This document shows, piece by piece, positions 1 to 9,606 of a stretch of DNA of 46,614 nucleotides. The notes beneath the pieces were generated by a model. The model ran no database searches and was not told the origin of the DNA. It saw only the letters and a list, made by a program, of their open reading frames with translations. The DNA lies in NCBI GenBank assembly GCA_021801905.1, contig JAKABJ010000001.1, positions 1-46,614 on the forward strand, read 5' to 3'. Made by a program: the position numbers and the translations under genes. Positions within the stretch are counted from its first letter, which is position 1. Every line of letters starts with the position of its first letter. This DNA is from Candidatus Micrarchaeota archaeon (GTDB lineage Archaea; Micrarchaeota; Micrarchaeia; Micrarchaeales; Micrarchaeaceae).

Positions 1-213
1 GGTCTGAGCCGAGTTCCTTAGCACCTCGCAGGATCCTGGTTGTGCCCTTGGGGCGAAGTTGGAACTGTTGAAGATTCCCAAAGAGAAAAGCGCTACAAGG
101 ACAATCGCAATTATGAGAATTGCCCAACCGTATGTCATCAGGTACTCCATTGCAGATTGGGATCTGTTTAATAAGGAATTAACACCGTGTTGTTTGGAAG
201 AATTCTTTCGCAT
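1..213 (-). CDS. Type IV pilin-like protein with class III (prepilin-type) signal peptide; 3' end cut by window edge
   Basis: Not in the ORF track because it runs off the window. My minus-strand translation from the ATG at 213 reads MRKNSSKQHGVNSLLNRSQSAMEYLMTYGWAILIIAIVLVALFSLGIFNSSNFAPRAQPGSCEV... A short polar leader followed by QSAMEYLMTYGWAILII and a hydrophobic helix is the typical archaeal class III signal peptide / pilin N-terminus. Confidence 0.6.
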   Translation of the reverse strand, partial: MRKNSSKQHGVNSLLNRSQSAMEYLMTYGWAILIIAIVLVALFSLGIFNSSNFAPRAQPGSCEVLRNSAQT

Positions 214-325
214 AATTACACTCTGTTTTTATTGCAAAGTGAATTATTAAATTTTTCTTTGAAATCCTTTAGCCCTTTTGAACATTGATAGATACTTGGA
301 TCTGGCAGTAATTACTCTAAAGCTC

Positions 326-991
326 TTACGAAATGCTATTAGATGCTTTATTCTTTTTATGCAAGCTTTCTGCTAAATATGCGTGATCGTGGATTGCCAT
401 TTTGAAGCAATTAGATAGAGTATATGCAGACGCCATTCTGGAAGAGGGGGGCATTGATGAGATAATTTTGCCATTCCATGGTCGATATGGGGCATACAGC
501 CATTTGCTCTCAGTTAAAGGATCATTTTGATGGAAAGAAGTCCATATTTGCGGGGCATCATCTATTATTATGTCATGATCTAGTTTGAGCTTGTCTTTTA
601 TATGCTCAACAAGCAATACTTTGAAATCTAATGAAGGAAAGTTGTGCTTTAGCCATTTGTGCAATGAATCCTTTGTTGATGAAGACCTGCGCGTAACAAT
701 CTCTACATTAAAATGATTTGCAAAACGATTCAATTCCTGCTCTGTTACTGTAGGGCATATTTCCATGGCATTTTCATTCCACGCATCATCATATATTCTT
801 AAGAATTCCTCCAAAGGCATTTGGAGCTTTGATTTGCTAGGATTATAGTCGTCTGCATCGGAAATTTTAAAACTTTTTCCTGAAAGCCTATTCCATTCAT
901 TAATTATGAAAGAGTATACATCTGCCAGTGTGCCGTCTATATCCAATGCCACCTTTGGTTTGCGGATTTGAGGCAGCTGGCGTTCTTGCAT
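326..991 (-). CDS. HAD-superfamily hydrolase, 5'(3')-deoxyribonucleotidase-like
   Basis: 221-aa ORF. The N-terminal motif VALDIDGTLADV matches the HAD DxDxT nucleophile motif as in NT5C-type nucleotidases, and there is a C-terminal DD motif (IIIDDAP). Confidence 0.6.
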   Translation of the reverse strand: MQERQLPQIRKPKVALDIDGTLADVYSFIINEWNRLSGKSFKISDADDYNPSKSKLQMPLEEFLRIYDDAWNENAMEICPTVTEQELNRFANHFNVEIVTRRSSSTKDSLHKWLKHNFPSLDFKVLLVEHIKDKLKLDHDIIIDDAPQIWTSFHQNDPLTESKWLYAPYRPWNGKIISSMPPSSRMASAYTLSNCFKMAIHDHAYLAESLHKKNKASNSIS

Positions 992-1168
992 TTAATCAAG
1001 TATCTTTGTCTCTTTCTCATCTGCAATAAAACCTACTTTTTTGTGCGATCCGTCGCACATTGGCTTGTGCTCAGAATGGCCGCACCTGCAGAATGCAAAT
1101 TTTACCTGGCCTTCTATTACTACCAAATTCGGGCCGTCTTTTGCGGATTTTATTACTAATTTCGGCAT
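992..1168 (-). CDS. CDGSH-type iron-sulfur domain small protein (58 aa)
   Basis: Below the ORF-track length cutoff; found by manual translation: MPKLVIKSAKDGPNLVVIEGQVKFAFCRCGHSEHKPMCDGSHKKVGFIADEKETKILD. It contains the C-x-C-x2-(S/T)-x3-P-x-C-D-G-S-H signature. Its stop codon directly abuts the ATG of the downstream HAD gene. Confidence 0.75.
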   Translation of the reverse strand: MPKLVIKSAKDGPNLVVIEGQVKFAFCRCGHSEHKPMCDGSHKKVGFIADEKETKILD

Positions 1169-1275
1169 TGAATCGCATAGATATGCTAATTGATTTATTT
1201 ATACATTGCGGTGATATGCCTGCAGCTAAATAACCAGGCAATTTTTGCCTATTATTTTCTGGTAAAAAAAGATTA

Positions 1276-3468
1276 TCAGTCCATGAATTGCTGCGCTGTG
1301 GGAGGCTCCTCTGGCTGGCCCTTCCTTTTCCTTATCTCTCTGACTATCCTGTTTTGTAGATCTACCGGCATCTTCTCATATCCGGAAAACTCCATGCTCC
1401 ATATAGCCTTGCCCTGGGTCATTCCCCTCAAGTCATTTGAGAAGTCCTTTATTACCTCCGATACTGGGAGCTTGGCAAGTATGGATGCCTGTCCGCTCTC
1501 CTGCTCAATATTCAATATCTGCCCCCTCCTGCCTTGCAGGAAAGAGATCACATCAGACATGAAATCAAGAGGTATGTTTATCGTGAAATTCTGCTTCGGT
1601 TCCTCAAGAACCACCCCAGATGTCAATAATCCTGCGTAGATTGCCCTCTTTATTGCAGGCATTATCTGGGCAGGACCCCTGTGTACAGGATCTTCGTGTA
1701 TCGTTGCATCAACTATGCTCACAAGTATGCCTGAACATTTTTCCCTGGCCAGAGGACCGTCCTTTACTGCGTCATTGAAACCGTCAATAAGAAGCTCCAT
1801 GACCTCATTCATGTACTGAACTCCTTTTGTAACGTCTGCAAGCATGCATTTGTTGGTAATTTGCTCTACCTCCTTTGCAACCACCCTGTCCAGCCCGGCT
1901 TGCACCATTGCCTCTATTGCATTCTGCCCTTTTGGCTTGCCTTCTCTTATCTGGCCCTCGTCTATCGCTTTCTGCACGCCCTCAGGAAGAGGTTCAACAG
2001 TTACATAGAACCTTGAGTGCCTGTTTGGAGATTTGCCTTCTATAGGGCCTACCTTCTTTGATATGGTCTCGTGGTATACCACAATCGGCTCGCTGGTTGT
2101 TATCGGTACCTTGAAATCATTCTTAAGTTTTGTCTCTATCGTCTCAAGATGCAATTCTCCCATTCCGCTAATCAGGTGCTCTCCTGTTTCTTGGTTGATT
2201 TCGGCTTTTAATGTGGGATCTTCTTTTGTGAGCACCCTTAATGCTTCTATTAGCTTTGTTGTATCCCTGGAATCTTTTGCCTCTACGGCCTTTGTTACCA
2301 CAGGCTGTGAATAGTGCTTTATCTGCTCAAACGGCTCTATCATCTCTTCGCTTATTGTGTCCCCTATGGAAAGGTCTTTCATGCCTATAAGAGCAGCTAT
2401 GTTTCCTGCAGGTATCTCGTCTACTATTACCTTGTCTGGACCCATGTATATACCTACCTGCTGAAGTTTCTGGGTCTGGGACTTCCCGGATATGTGCAGC
2501 TCAAGCCCTTTCTTGGCGGTTCCAGAAAATATTCTTCCTACAGCAATCTCCCCTGCCTGCTGATCGTATTTTATTCCGAATATCACTCCGTTGGTCTTGC
2601 TGGTTATATTTGTATCCAACATAGCTTTGCCATCTGGAGAGTTAAGATCTCCGTGCCATATCTGAGGTATCCTATAAGGCTGTGCCTCTGCGGGATTTGG
2701 AAGATGATCTACAACCATTGCAAGAGTGGCCTCGTCTATAGGACAGATCTCTTGCAGTTTTGCAAGGTCATTGTTTGCTGTCAATTCGAATATGTGCTTG
2801 AAAGTTACCTTATTCTTGTCCATTATCTTTTTGGAGATTGCCCATCTTCTCAATGCTGAGCCGAACGCTACGCTTCCTTTTTCTACGCTGACTTTCCATT
2901 TGCTCCCATACCCTTCAGGCGCATATGTCTCTATCATCTGGTTTATCTCGTTTATAAGCTTGAGGAGCCTTTCCTGCGTCTGCTCAGGGGTTAGCCTGAG
3001 TTCTGTAATCAGCCTATCTACCTTGTTGAAGAAAAGCACAGGCTTTGCCTTCTCCTTCATCGCCTGCCTTAGAACCGTCTCGGTCTGGGGCATTATTCCC
3101 TCAGTAGGGTCGACTACAAGAATAACGCCGTCTATGGCTCGCATTGCCCTTGTTACGTGCCCTCCAAAATCAACGTGGCCGGGAGTGTCTATCAGGTTTA
3201 TTATATAGTCTTCGTTATTGTAATTAAACCCAAAAGAGATATATGCAGACTTTATGGTCATCCTTCTGTCTTTTTCTATCTCTTCATAATTTGTGTATAG
3301 AACATCGCCTGCTACGCTCTTTGATATGAGGCCTGCCCTGGCGAGAAGAGAATCTGTCAATGATGTCTTGCCGTGATGAACGTGGGCTATTATTCCTACA
3401 TTTCTTATGTGCTTATGGTCACGCATCATCTTTGCTACTTCTTCAACAACGTATTCTTTTCTTGCCAT
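1276..3468 (-). CDS. fusA: Translation elongation factor 2 (aEF-2)
   Basis: 730 aa. It has G-domain motifs (AHVHHGKTSLTD, DTPGHVDF, NKVDR) and the diphthamide-site motif HEDPVHRG. It lies downstream of uS12/uS7, as in the archaeal str cluster. Confidence 0.97.
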   Translation of the reverse strand: MARKEYVVEEVAKMMRDHKHIRNVGIIAHVHHGKTSLTDSLLARAGLISKSVAGDVLYTNYEEIEKDRRMTIKSAYISFGFNYNNEDYIINLIDTPGHVDFGGHVTRAMRAIDGVILVVDPTEGIMPQTETVLRQAMKEKAKPVLFFNKVDRLITELRLTPEQTQERLLKLINEINQMIETYAPEGYGSKWKVSVEKGSVAFGSALRRWAISKKIMDKNKVTFKHIFELTANNDLAKLQEICPIDEATLAMVVDHLPNPAEAQPYRIPQIWHGDLNSPDGKAMLDTNITSKTNGVIFGIKYDQQAGEIAVGRIFSGTAKKGLELHISGKSQTQKLQQVGIYMGPDKVIVDEIPAGNIAALIGMKDLSIGDTISEEMIEPFEQIKHYSQPVVTKAVEAKDSRDTTKLIEALRVLTKEDPTLKAEINQETGEHLISGMGELHLETIETKLKNDFKVPITTSEPIVVYHETISKKVGPIEGKSPNRHSRFYVTVEPLPEGVQKAIDEGQIREGKPKGQNAIEAMVQAGLDRVVAKEVEQITNKCMLADVTKGVQYMNEVMELLIDGFNDAVKDGPLAREKCSGILVSIVDATIHEDPVHRGPAQIMPAIKRAIYAGLLTSGVVLEEPKQNFTINIPLDFMSDVISFLQGRRGQILNIEQESGQASILAKLPVSEVIKDFSNDLRGMTQGKAIWSMEFSGYEKMPVDLQNRIVREIRKRKGQPEEPPTAQQFMD

Positions 3469-3477
3469 GTGAAATCA

Positions 3478-4071
3478 CTACTTGGCGCTTCTGGCCATCC
3501 TTTCTGTCTCATTCTTCCTTTTTATTGCGTAGCTGTTTATGTCATTGTTCGAGGCAAGTATAAGCTCATTTGCCAGAGATTGCGCCAATGTTCTTTTGCT
3601 GTGGAATGCTGATGTGACTGTGCCCATGCCTATATTTCTGAGCGCTATATCAAGCCTTCTGCTTGCACTTACATCTACAGCAACATTCGATATTATTCCA
3701 CCATAACGCACTCTTGTTGTGTCTTCTATAGGAGAGCTGTTTTCCAACGCCTCCACATACACCTGTATTGGGTTTTTGCCTGTTTGCTTGCTTATTATTT
3801 CAAAGGCCTCCATTATGGCTTTCATTACTTTGAGCTTCTTCCCTTGCAGCCTTCCCTTTGTACGTATCACGCGGCCTCCTATCTTTCCTCCAGTTCCGCC
3901 GCGCATCAGCGAATTTTCCAGCCTCTCTATTATGTTTAGATTCGCCTTATGGGATTGGGACTGGCTCTTCCTTCCAAAAGAGTTTGGATATGAGACAGGC
4001 TTGAGATTAACGTAATTTTTCAAGCTAGGGTCATATACCTCAACATCATAGCTATATTTGTCGAATAGCAT
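3478..4071 (-). CDS. rps7: 30S ribosomal protein uS7 (S7P)
   Basis: 197 aa, of archaeal S7 length, with a typical C-terminus (...AIKRKNETERMARSAK). Sits between S12 and EF-2. Confidence 0.93.
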   Translation of the reverse strand: MLFDKYSYDVEVYDPSLKNYVNLKPVSYPNSFGRKSQSQSHKANLNIIERLENSLMRGGTGGKIGGRVIRTKGRLQGKKLKVMKAIMEAFEIISKQTGKNPIQVYVEALENSSPIEDTTRVRYGGIISNVAVDVSASRRLDIALRNIGMGTVTSAFHSKRTLAQSLANELILASNNDINSYAIKRKNETERMARSAK

Positions 4072-4243
4072 TGTTGTTTTTGATATGAAAATGTCTTTAG
4101 CTTCAGTGCTTGGCTCTGCCTTTTTCCTTACCGCTTTCCTTTTTTGCTTAGGAGCGGGTTCGGCTCCAGCCTCAGGCGCATTCTGCCCGTTTTGCTTTTC
4201 AAGTATTGCAGGCTGCTCTTTTGGTTTTGCTTCCTCCGTTAAA

Positions 4244-4672
4244 TCATCTCTTTGGCTTTTCTTTCTTGCCCTTTATTATTTGGTAAAGATTGGTGTCGTT
4301 TATCTCAACAACTTTATATTTTAGTCCCGGTATGCAACCAAGCTGACCCCTTTGGGATCCGCCTAGCCCTTCAATAGTTACTTCGTCGTGCTCATCTATG
4401 AAACCTATCGAGCCGTCTCCAGGTACGAATGCTCCTACAACCTTTCCGTTCTTTATAAGCTGAACCCTGACGCATTTGAGCTGGCCTGAGCTGGGTTGTT
4501 TCTGTTCCAATATAAATTTGCCAAGCACTAGTGCCTTGGCACGAGGAACTGTACCCATCGGGTCATATTTATCCTTGAGCTTAAACATTTTTCTCTTGAG
4601 CCATTTCTTAAGCATTCGCTGGTGCTTTCTGTCCCTTACAAGCTTTCTTGCTGCAAACTCTCCATTTGGCAT
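4244..4672 (-). CDS. rps12: 30S ribosomal protein uS12 (S12P)
   Basis: 142 aa. It has the archaeal S12 N-terminus (MPNGEFAARKL...) and the conserved KQPSSGQLKCVRVQL / VPGDG core. Confidence 0.95.
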   Translation of the reverse strand: MPNGEFAARKLVRDRKHQRMLKKWLKRKMFKLKDKYDPMGTVPRAKALVLGKFILEQKQPSSGQLKCVRVQLIKNGKVVGAFVPGDGSIGFIDEHDEVTIEGLGGSQRGQLGCIPGLKYKVVEINDTNLYQIIKGKKEKPKR

Positions 4673-4682
4673 TATAATACCT

Positions 4683-4976
4683 TTATTCTTTCAATATATT
4701 TGAGTTTCCCGGATCTATTATAGATAGAGTAGATACGGAGAACGGCTTGCCGCAAACTGCTCCGAGATCTACAGGGTTTCCATCAAACTTTATTATCTTT
4801 ATTCCGGCTATGTCGGCAGTGTGCTGTATGTCACCGACATTCTGCTTTTTATTCTTACTTGCAATGATTATAAGCTTTGCCTCATTTTCTTTTATAGAAT
4901 CCATTACGCTATTCAGCCCTATGGCTGTCTTACCGCTGTCCACAGCTAAACGTATATCATTCGATAAATCTGCCAT
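4683..4976 (-). CDS. rpl30e: 50S ribosomal protein eL30 (L30e)
   Basis: 97 aa, L7Ae/L30e-fold sequence (GKTAIGLNSVMDSIKENEAKLIIIASK...). Located immediately upstream of S12, as in archaeal str clusters. Confidence 0.85.
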   Translation of the reverse strand: MADLSNDIRLAVDSGKTAIGLNSVMDSIKENEAKLIIIASKNKKQNVGDIQHTADIAGIKIIKFDGNPVDLGAVCGKPFSVSTLSIIDPGNSNILKE

Positions 4977-5066
4977 AAAAGCACCGCATAAGTAGAACTT
5001 ACTGCGAGCAGACGACTAATTATGATTCAGAAAAATATATATAGGTATTGAACTACGGATTTTTAT

Positions 5067-6056
5067 TCATTTGCCAAAAGTGTAGTTGCACCCTGCAGGC
5101 TGGCTTAGTTCACCGCTTAGTATTAACTTGAGATAACCGATATAAGGTATTATTCCTATCACCTTGCCATTTATATCATTCTGTGGCGCAGGATAGTTGT
5201 CATATTGCATGTCCAATCCAGGATTATTGTCGCCTTTTGTGAGATAATAATATGTGCCGCTTGCATTTATTATCGCATATGCCCTATGCACGATATATGT
5301 GTCACCTTCCTGATAAAAGAGGTCTTGCGGTACAGTCTTGTATACGATTATGCTGTTGTTGATATCTCCAGTTATTGTAGTATTCCCTATAATTATTGCT
5401 TTCGTGTATGCATAATTGACTTCTGTACCATTTGAGTATGTAACGTTTGTTATTCCGCAAAGATATTTAACCAGATTCTCTGACTGGCTTGAGTTTGGCA
5501 CTATGCCTCCGCCATTTATGGATGTCAAACCTATAGAGTATCCTGGGAGCACTTCCTGGGAAAAATTTATTTTACCGCCGTTTAAGCCATATGCCACACA
5601 CTCTAACGACTCTTGGTTCATATTATTGAGCATTTTCTGCATTTCGCTGCTTGTGACTTTTACAATGGGTGCTTTTATGTTTGAAGGGCTGGCTCCTTGA
5701 AGCACTATCATATCCCCTCTTTGGAGAACTGGGAGCATACTGCAGCTAGGCACGGCATCTATAGGATAGGGAGTGTTTAATATGAGTCTGAGAGCGAACC
5801 ATATTGCCACCACGATAACTATTGCTGCTATTATTTCAATTGCATTACGCAGTTTTCCCTCTTCTTTTGATGAGATTATAATCTCCAAACCTATTAGGAT
5901 TACCAGTATTACAAATGTCAGCACTCCGAATAGTATTGCAAGCGTCTGGACCCTCTGGTAAACAATGTAAAGTATGAATGCTAAAGCAAGGATTATGTAA
6001 AGGGGCCAGGTAACTATGTTTGCTTTTTCCTTGGTTTGAGCCTTACTTCTTGCCAA
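5067..6056 (-). CDS. Signal peptidase I, archaeal/eukaryotic Sec11 type (S26B), with N-terminal multi-TM region and large internal insertion
   Basis: All the catalytic boxes are present: Ser box PSCSMLPVL, RGDMIVL, His box YIVHRAYAI, and TKGDNNPGLD. At 329 aa it is far longer than typical archaeal enzymes. Three hydrophobic helices precede the Ser box. Confidence 0.8.
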   Translation of the reverse strand: MARSKAQTKEKANIVTWPLYIILALAFILYIVYQRVQTLAILFGVLTFVILVILIGLEIIISSKEEGKLRNAIEIIAAIVIVVAIWFALRLILNTPYPIDAVPSCSMLPVLQRGDMIVLQGASPSNIKAPIVKVTSSEMQKMLNNMNQESLECVAYGLNGGKINFSQEVLPGYSIGLTSINGGGIVPNSSQSENLVKYLCGITNVTYSNGTEVNYAYTKAIIIGNTTITGDINNSIIVYKTVPQDLFYQEGDTYIVHRAYAIINASGTYYYLTKGDNNPGLDMQYDNYPAPQNDINGKVIGIIPYIGYLKLILSGELSQPAGCNYTFGK

Positions 6057-9000
6057 CAGTTACACCGCTTTGGTTTATCATCTCTATACCCACAGCTCTT
6101 GAATAAGAATCCTGCATTGCAACCCCTATTGCCGCCTCAGCCATTGTTATCAGCGAGTCATTATGGCTTACTACTATAAATTGGGATGCCTTGGAAAGCT
6201 CTCTTATAAGTTTTGATAATTTCTTTGAATTCTCTTTGTCCAAAGCAACATCTATCTCGTCGAATATATAAAAAGACATGGGCTTCCTCATCTGAACCGA
6301 GAATATCAAGGAGAGCATAAGTATGGATTTTTCTCCGCCAGACATGCTTTCGTCGTTTTTCTTCCTTGCGCCCTTTTTGATGCTGAACATGAGTTTTGAG
6401 TTGAATGGATCGTCTTTTTCTCCATCTAGATAGATATATGCGTCTATGTCAAAAACCGTGCTGTAGAGCCTCTTGAAGGTTTGGTTGACTTCATCCAAAG
6501 TCTGGTTGAACACGCTAAGCTTCTTTGACTCTATTTCAGATATCATGCTCAATATCGCTGTTTTTTCTCTATCAAGTATGTCCATCTTTATTTTTGCCTC
6601 ATCTAAGTCCTTCTTCCTCTGCTCGTATGCCTCTGGAGCTTTAAGATTGACATTTCCGAGCAGGTCTATTTCATGCTTGCATTCTGTTGACTGGCGCTCC
6701 AGTTCCTCCACGCTCTTGTAATCGACCTCTTGGATTGTTTGATAAGATATTAGTTCCGCCTTTATATCGCTAAGTCTGGTCTGCAGCTGCGACCTTTTAC
6801 CCTCGGTTTCTATAATTTCCCTTTCTATTTTATCAAAATCGCTTGATATTTTCCCTTTATCAAAGCCTAATTTTGATATCTTTTCATCTGCAGCTTGAAC
6901 CTCTTTTAGCAATTTTTCCGATGCGGTACCATGGGCATTTATCTTTGATTGAACTTCTGCTTTGTGTTTCCCATATTCCAGTATTGTTTTTTCGGCGTCT
7001 GAAATCTTTACCTGCAATTCTTTTATTAGTGCACCCTCCTCTTTAATTTCAGAAGATATCGAAGCATTTCTGCTGGAATTCATTTCGTTTTCTTTTTCTA
7101 GTTCTGCTATTTTTATCCTTATTTTTTCTGCAGAATGCCTCATCTCTTTTAATTCCTCTGCAGATTCTTCCGCTTCTTTTTTGGATTTTGATGCTGCGTG
7201 GTCATTTATGGCATGATATAGCCTGTCTAATTCAGTTTTGATTGCCTCTTTTCTCTTTTCAAGCTCTATCTTTTTGCCTGCAACATCCGATTGCATCTTG
7301 CTTAAATCAATAATCCTTTTTTCGGAGGACTTTAACGCCTCTTTTTTCTCCATTATTTCAGCATTTATTCTTTCTTTGTCGCTACGGGTGTGCTTTAGCT
7401 CAGAAGCTGCCTGTATGGCATCCTGCTCCAATATGTAAACCTCTTTTTTATAAGATTGGATTTCCTTGTCCAAATCTGCAATTTTTTTATTTAGTTCTGT
7501 TTTTTCGTTTGAGAGCTTAGCAAAACGGGATTCCAAAGCTGCTGGAAGCTGCTGCATGGTAAACTTTCCACCGGTTATCAGGCCCGACTGCTCTAAAACC
7601 TCTCCTTCGCGTGTGACAAATCTGTGCTTGTTGATCTCTTTTTTAGAAAGCGAGTTGATATTGTCTATCAAATAAGTATTTGCCAATACAAATTCGAATG
7701 CCTTCCTGTATTTTTCATCAAAAGTAACGTAATTTATTAATGGGATATTACGGCCTTCCTTTGCAGTTTGGAACGAATTTATTTCATTAAGAGGTATAAA
7801 AGATGCTCTTCCAAGGTTCTTCTGTTTAATTATTTCTATAGCCTGGGTTGCAATTGCTATTGATTCAACCACATAATAATTTAATCTGTTTCCCAAAGCA
7901 GCGTATACAGCTATTGAATATTCTTCATCGCATGAAAAAAGCTCAGACACTTTGCCGTAGAACCCCTTCTTTATTGATGAGTTAAGGATAGGTGTTATCC
8001 TGTTTTGGCTTCGTCCTGACAATGCGAGCTGCTCTCTTATACTTATAATATCAGCCTCTACCTTATCGTAAGCTGTTTTCAGCTCGACCTGAGTTTTTTC
8101 AAGTGATTTTACTTCCTTCGATTTTGATTCTAATTCGGCAGAAATTTTCTTTATCTTATCCTCTAGCAGATTTTCGGCAGTTGAGGTTTCGTTAATAATA
8201 TTAGACAGTTCTTTTGACCTTGATTCTGCTTCTTTTTTGGTGCTTTCAAGCATATGAAGCTCAGCATTTGAAGAAAGGTGTTCTGCATTCAATTCGGATA
8301 TTGTGGAATCAACCTCTAGAAGGTTTTTCTGCAACTGTGAATATTTTAGCATTACCTCTCTGTCTCCTTCTTCTGCCACAGGATACTTTTCTAATTTTTT
8401 TTCGATTATTGAAAGATCTGACTTCAAAATTGCAAGATTCTGGGAGTTTAGATCAATCTGCTCTTTTGTTTTTGAAAGCTCATAAGCAAGCCCTTTTTCT
8501 TTATCTTTGCTTTTGATTAAAGACTCTTCAAGCTGTTTTATTAGTGCCTCTTTTATCTTTATATTTGCGTTTATTTCATCCAGCACCCTATTTGCGGTTC
8601 CAACTTCTATAGAGCCTTCATTCATTTTCTTAGATATTTTGTCTTTGTAAGATATCGCGCTTGAAAGTTCGTCTTCTAGCTTCTTTTGCTCCGCTTCTAA
8701 GCTCTTCTTTCTTGTAGCTAGTTTTTCGTAATCGGCAACATATTTGGAGTATTCTTTGTTTATCTCGGCTTCCCTTGCTTTTAATATTGTATAGGTTATC
8801 CTTTTGATCTTTGATTGCAGCTCTGTGTAGCGCTCCGCATCTATTTTTTCTTTTTCTAGTTCGCTAAGGAAAGCCCCTCTCTCGCTTAACATTATGTTTG
8901 CTTCGTTTATTTTGCCTTCAACCTTTTCCAATTCTTTTGTAGCTGCATCTTTCTTATCATCAAACTCCTTTATGCCTGCCGCAATGTCTATCAGCACCCT

Positions 9001-9453
9001 TCTTTCTTTAGGGCTCATGTTGAGTATCTTTGTAATCTCTCCCTGGATTATGGTATTTGTCTCGTTTATGTCTGCTCTGTTAGCCCTCAATACATCAAGA
9101 ACCTGCTGTCTTGTAGACTTTTTGCCATTTATCCTGTATGATATTTTGTTATTTGATTTGATTATCCTTGATATCTCTAGATTTTCATCTCCGGAGAAAG
9201 ATACGGTAGTGTATGCCCGCTTAACTCCGTCTTCTTTAACAGACTTCGCTGAAGCATTTATAAGAGACTTTGCCGATGACACCCTCATTCTTCTAAGAGA
9301 TGTTTCGCCCAATGCAAAGAGGAGTGCATCGCATATGTTTGACTTTCCAGAGCCGTTAGGACCCACTACGCAGTTGAAGCCTTTGCTAAAATTTATAGTA
9401 GCATGCCTAAAAGATTTGAAATTGTGCAGAGTTATCTTATCCAAGCGGAGCAT
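6043..9453 (-). CDS. smc: Chromosome segregation protein SMC
   Basis: 1136 aa. It has an N-terminal Walker A (GPNGSGKSNICDALLFALG), long E/K-rich coiled coils, a central hinge, a C-terminal signature motif (MSGGEKS) and Walker B (FYIFDEIDVALD). Confidence 0.95.
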   Translation of the reverse strand: MLRLDKITLHNFKSFRHATINFSKGFNCVVGPNGSGKSNICDALLFALGETSLRRMRVSSAKSLINASAKSVKEDGVKRAYTTVSFSGDENLEISRIIKSNNKISYRINGKKSTRQQVLDVLRANRADINETNTIIQGEITKILNMSPKERRVLIDIAAGIKEFDDKKDAATKELEKVEGKINEANIMLSERGAFLSELEKEKIDAERYTELQSKIKRITYTILKAREAEINKEYSKYVADYEKLATRKKSLEAEQKKLEDELSSAISYKDKISKKMNEGSIEVGTANRVLDEINANIKIKEALIKQLEESLIKSKDKEKGLAYELSKTKEQIDLNSQNLAILKSDLSIIEKKLEKYPVAEEGDREVMLKYSQLQKNLLEVDSTISELNAEHLSSNAELHMLESTKKEAESRSKELSNIINETSTAENLLEDKIKKISAELESKSKEVKSLEKTQVELKTAYDKVEADIISIREQLALSGRSQNRITPILNSSIKKGFYGKVSELFSCDEEYSIAVYAALGNRLNYYVVESIAIATQAIEIIKQKNLGRASFIPLNEINSFQTAKEGRNIPLINYVTFDEKYRKAFEFVLANTYLIDNINSLSKKEINKHRFVTREGEVLEQSGLITGGKFTMQQLPAALESRFAKLSNEKTELNKKIADLDKEIQSYKKEVYILEQDAIQAASELKHTRSDKERINAEIMEKKEALKSSEKRIIDLSKMQSDVAGKKIELEKRKEAIKTELDRLYHAINDHAASKSKKEAEESAEELKEMRHSAEKIRIKIAELEKENEMNSSRNASISSEIKEEGALIKELQVKISDAEKTILEYGKHKAEVQSKINAHGTASEKLLKEVQAADEKISKLGFDKGKISSDFDKIEREIIETEGKRSQLQTRLSDIKAELISYQTIQEVDYKSVEELERQSTECKHEIDLLGNVNLKAPEAYEQRKKDLDEAKIKMDILDREKTAILSMISEIESKKLSVFNQTLDEVNQTFKRLYSTVFDIDAYIYLDGEKDDPFNSKLMFSIKKGARKKNDESMSGGEKSILMLSLIFSVQMRKPMSFYIFDEIDVALDKENSKKLSKLIRELSKASQFIVVSHNDSLITMAEAAIGVAMQDSYSRAVGIEMINQSGVTVGKK

Positions 9454-9606
9454 TCTTACACCAGACTGGTCGATGCTGGTAATATAATTTAGATGGTTGT
9501 TAGGTTATTTATTCCTTTTGATTTTAGCGAGAGTCAAAATAGGACATAGATTTCCTAGAAAAACGAGCATAAACGCATGCACGGCAAATATCGGGCATCT
9601 ATAAAA

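Noticed and set aside
1190-3612. Multiple plus-strand ORFs (1190-1639, 2033-2314, 2314-2859, 2726-3208, 3360-3563, 3373-3612) opposite aEF-2
   Set aside because: They are antisense shadows of a very well supported gene. Their composition is low-complexity and Cys/Leu/Ser-rich, with no motifs. The same reasoning applies to antisense ORFs opposite smc (6473-9487), acnA (28576-31017), mdh (31416-32081), sufS (20985-21541), the ATPase (37086-37679) and others in the track.
4072-4272. The uS7 reading frame stays open for about 67 codons upstream of the ATG (…EEAKPKEQPAILEKQNGQNAPEAGAEPAPKQKRKAVRKKAEPSTEAKDIFISKTT-M), suggesting an N-terminal K/E/P-rich extension
   Set aside because: There is no ATG, GTG or TTG in the extension, and the frame is closed by a stop at 4273-4275 inside S12. 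At 197 aa the annotated protein already has normal archaeal S7 length. I treat the region as a spacer.
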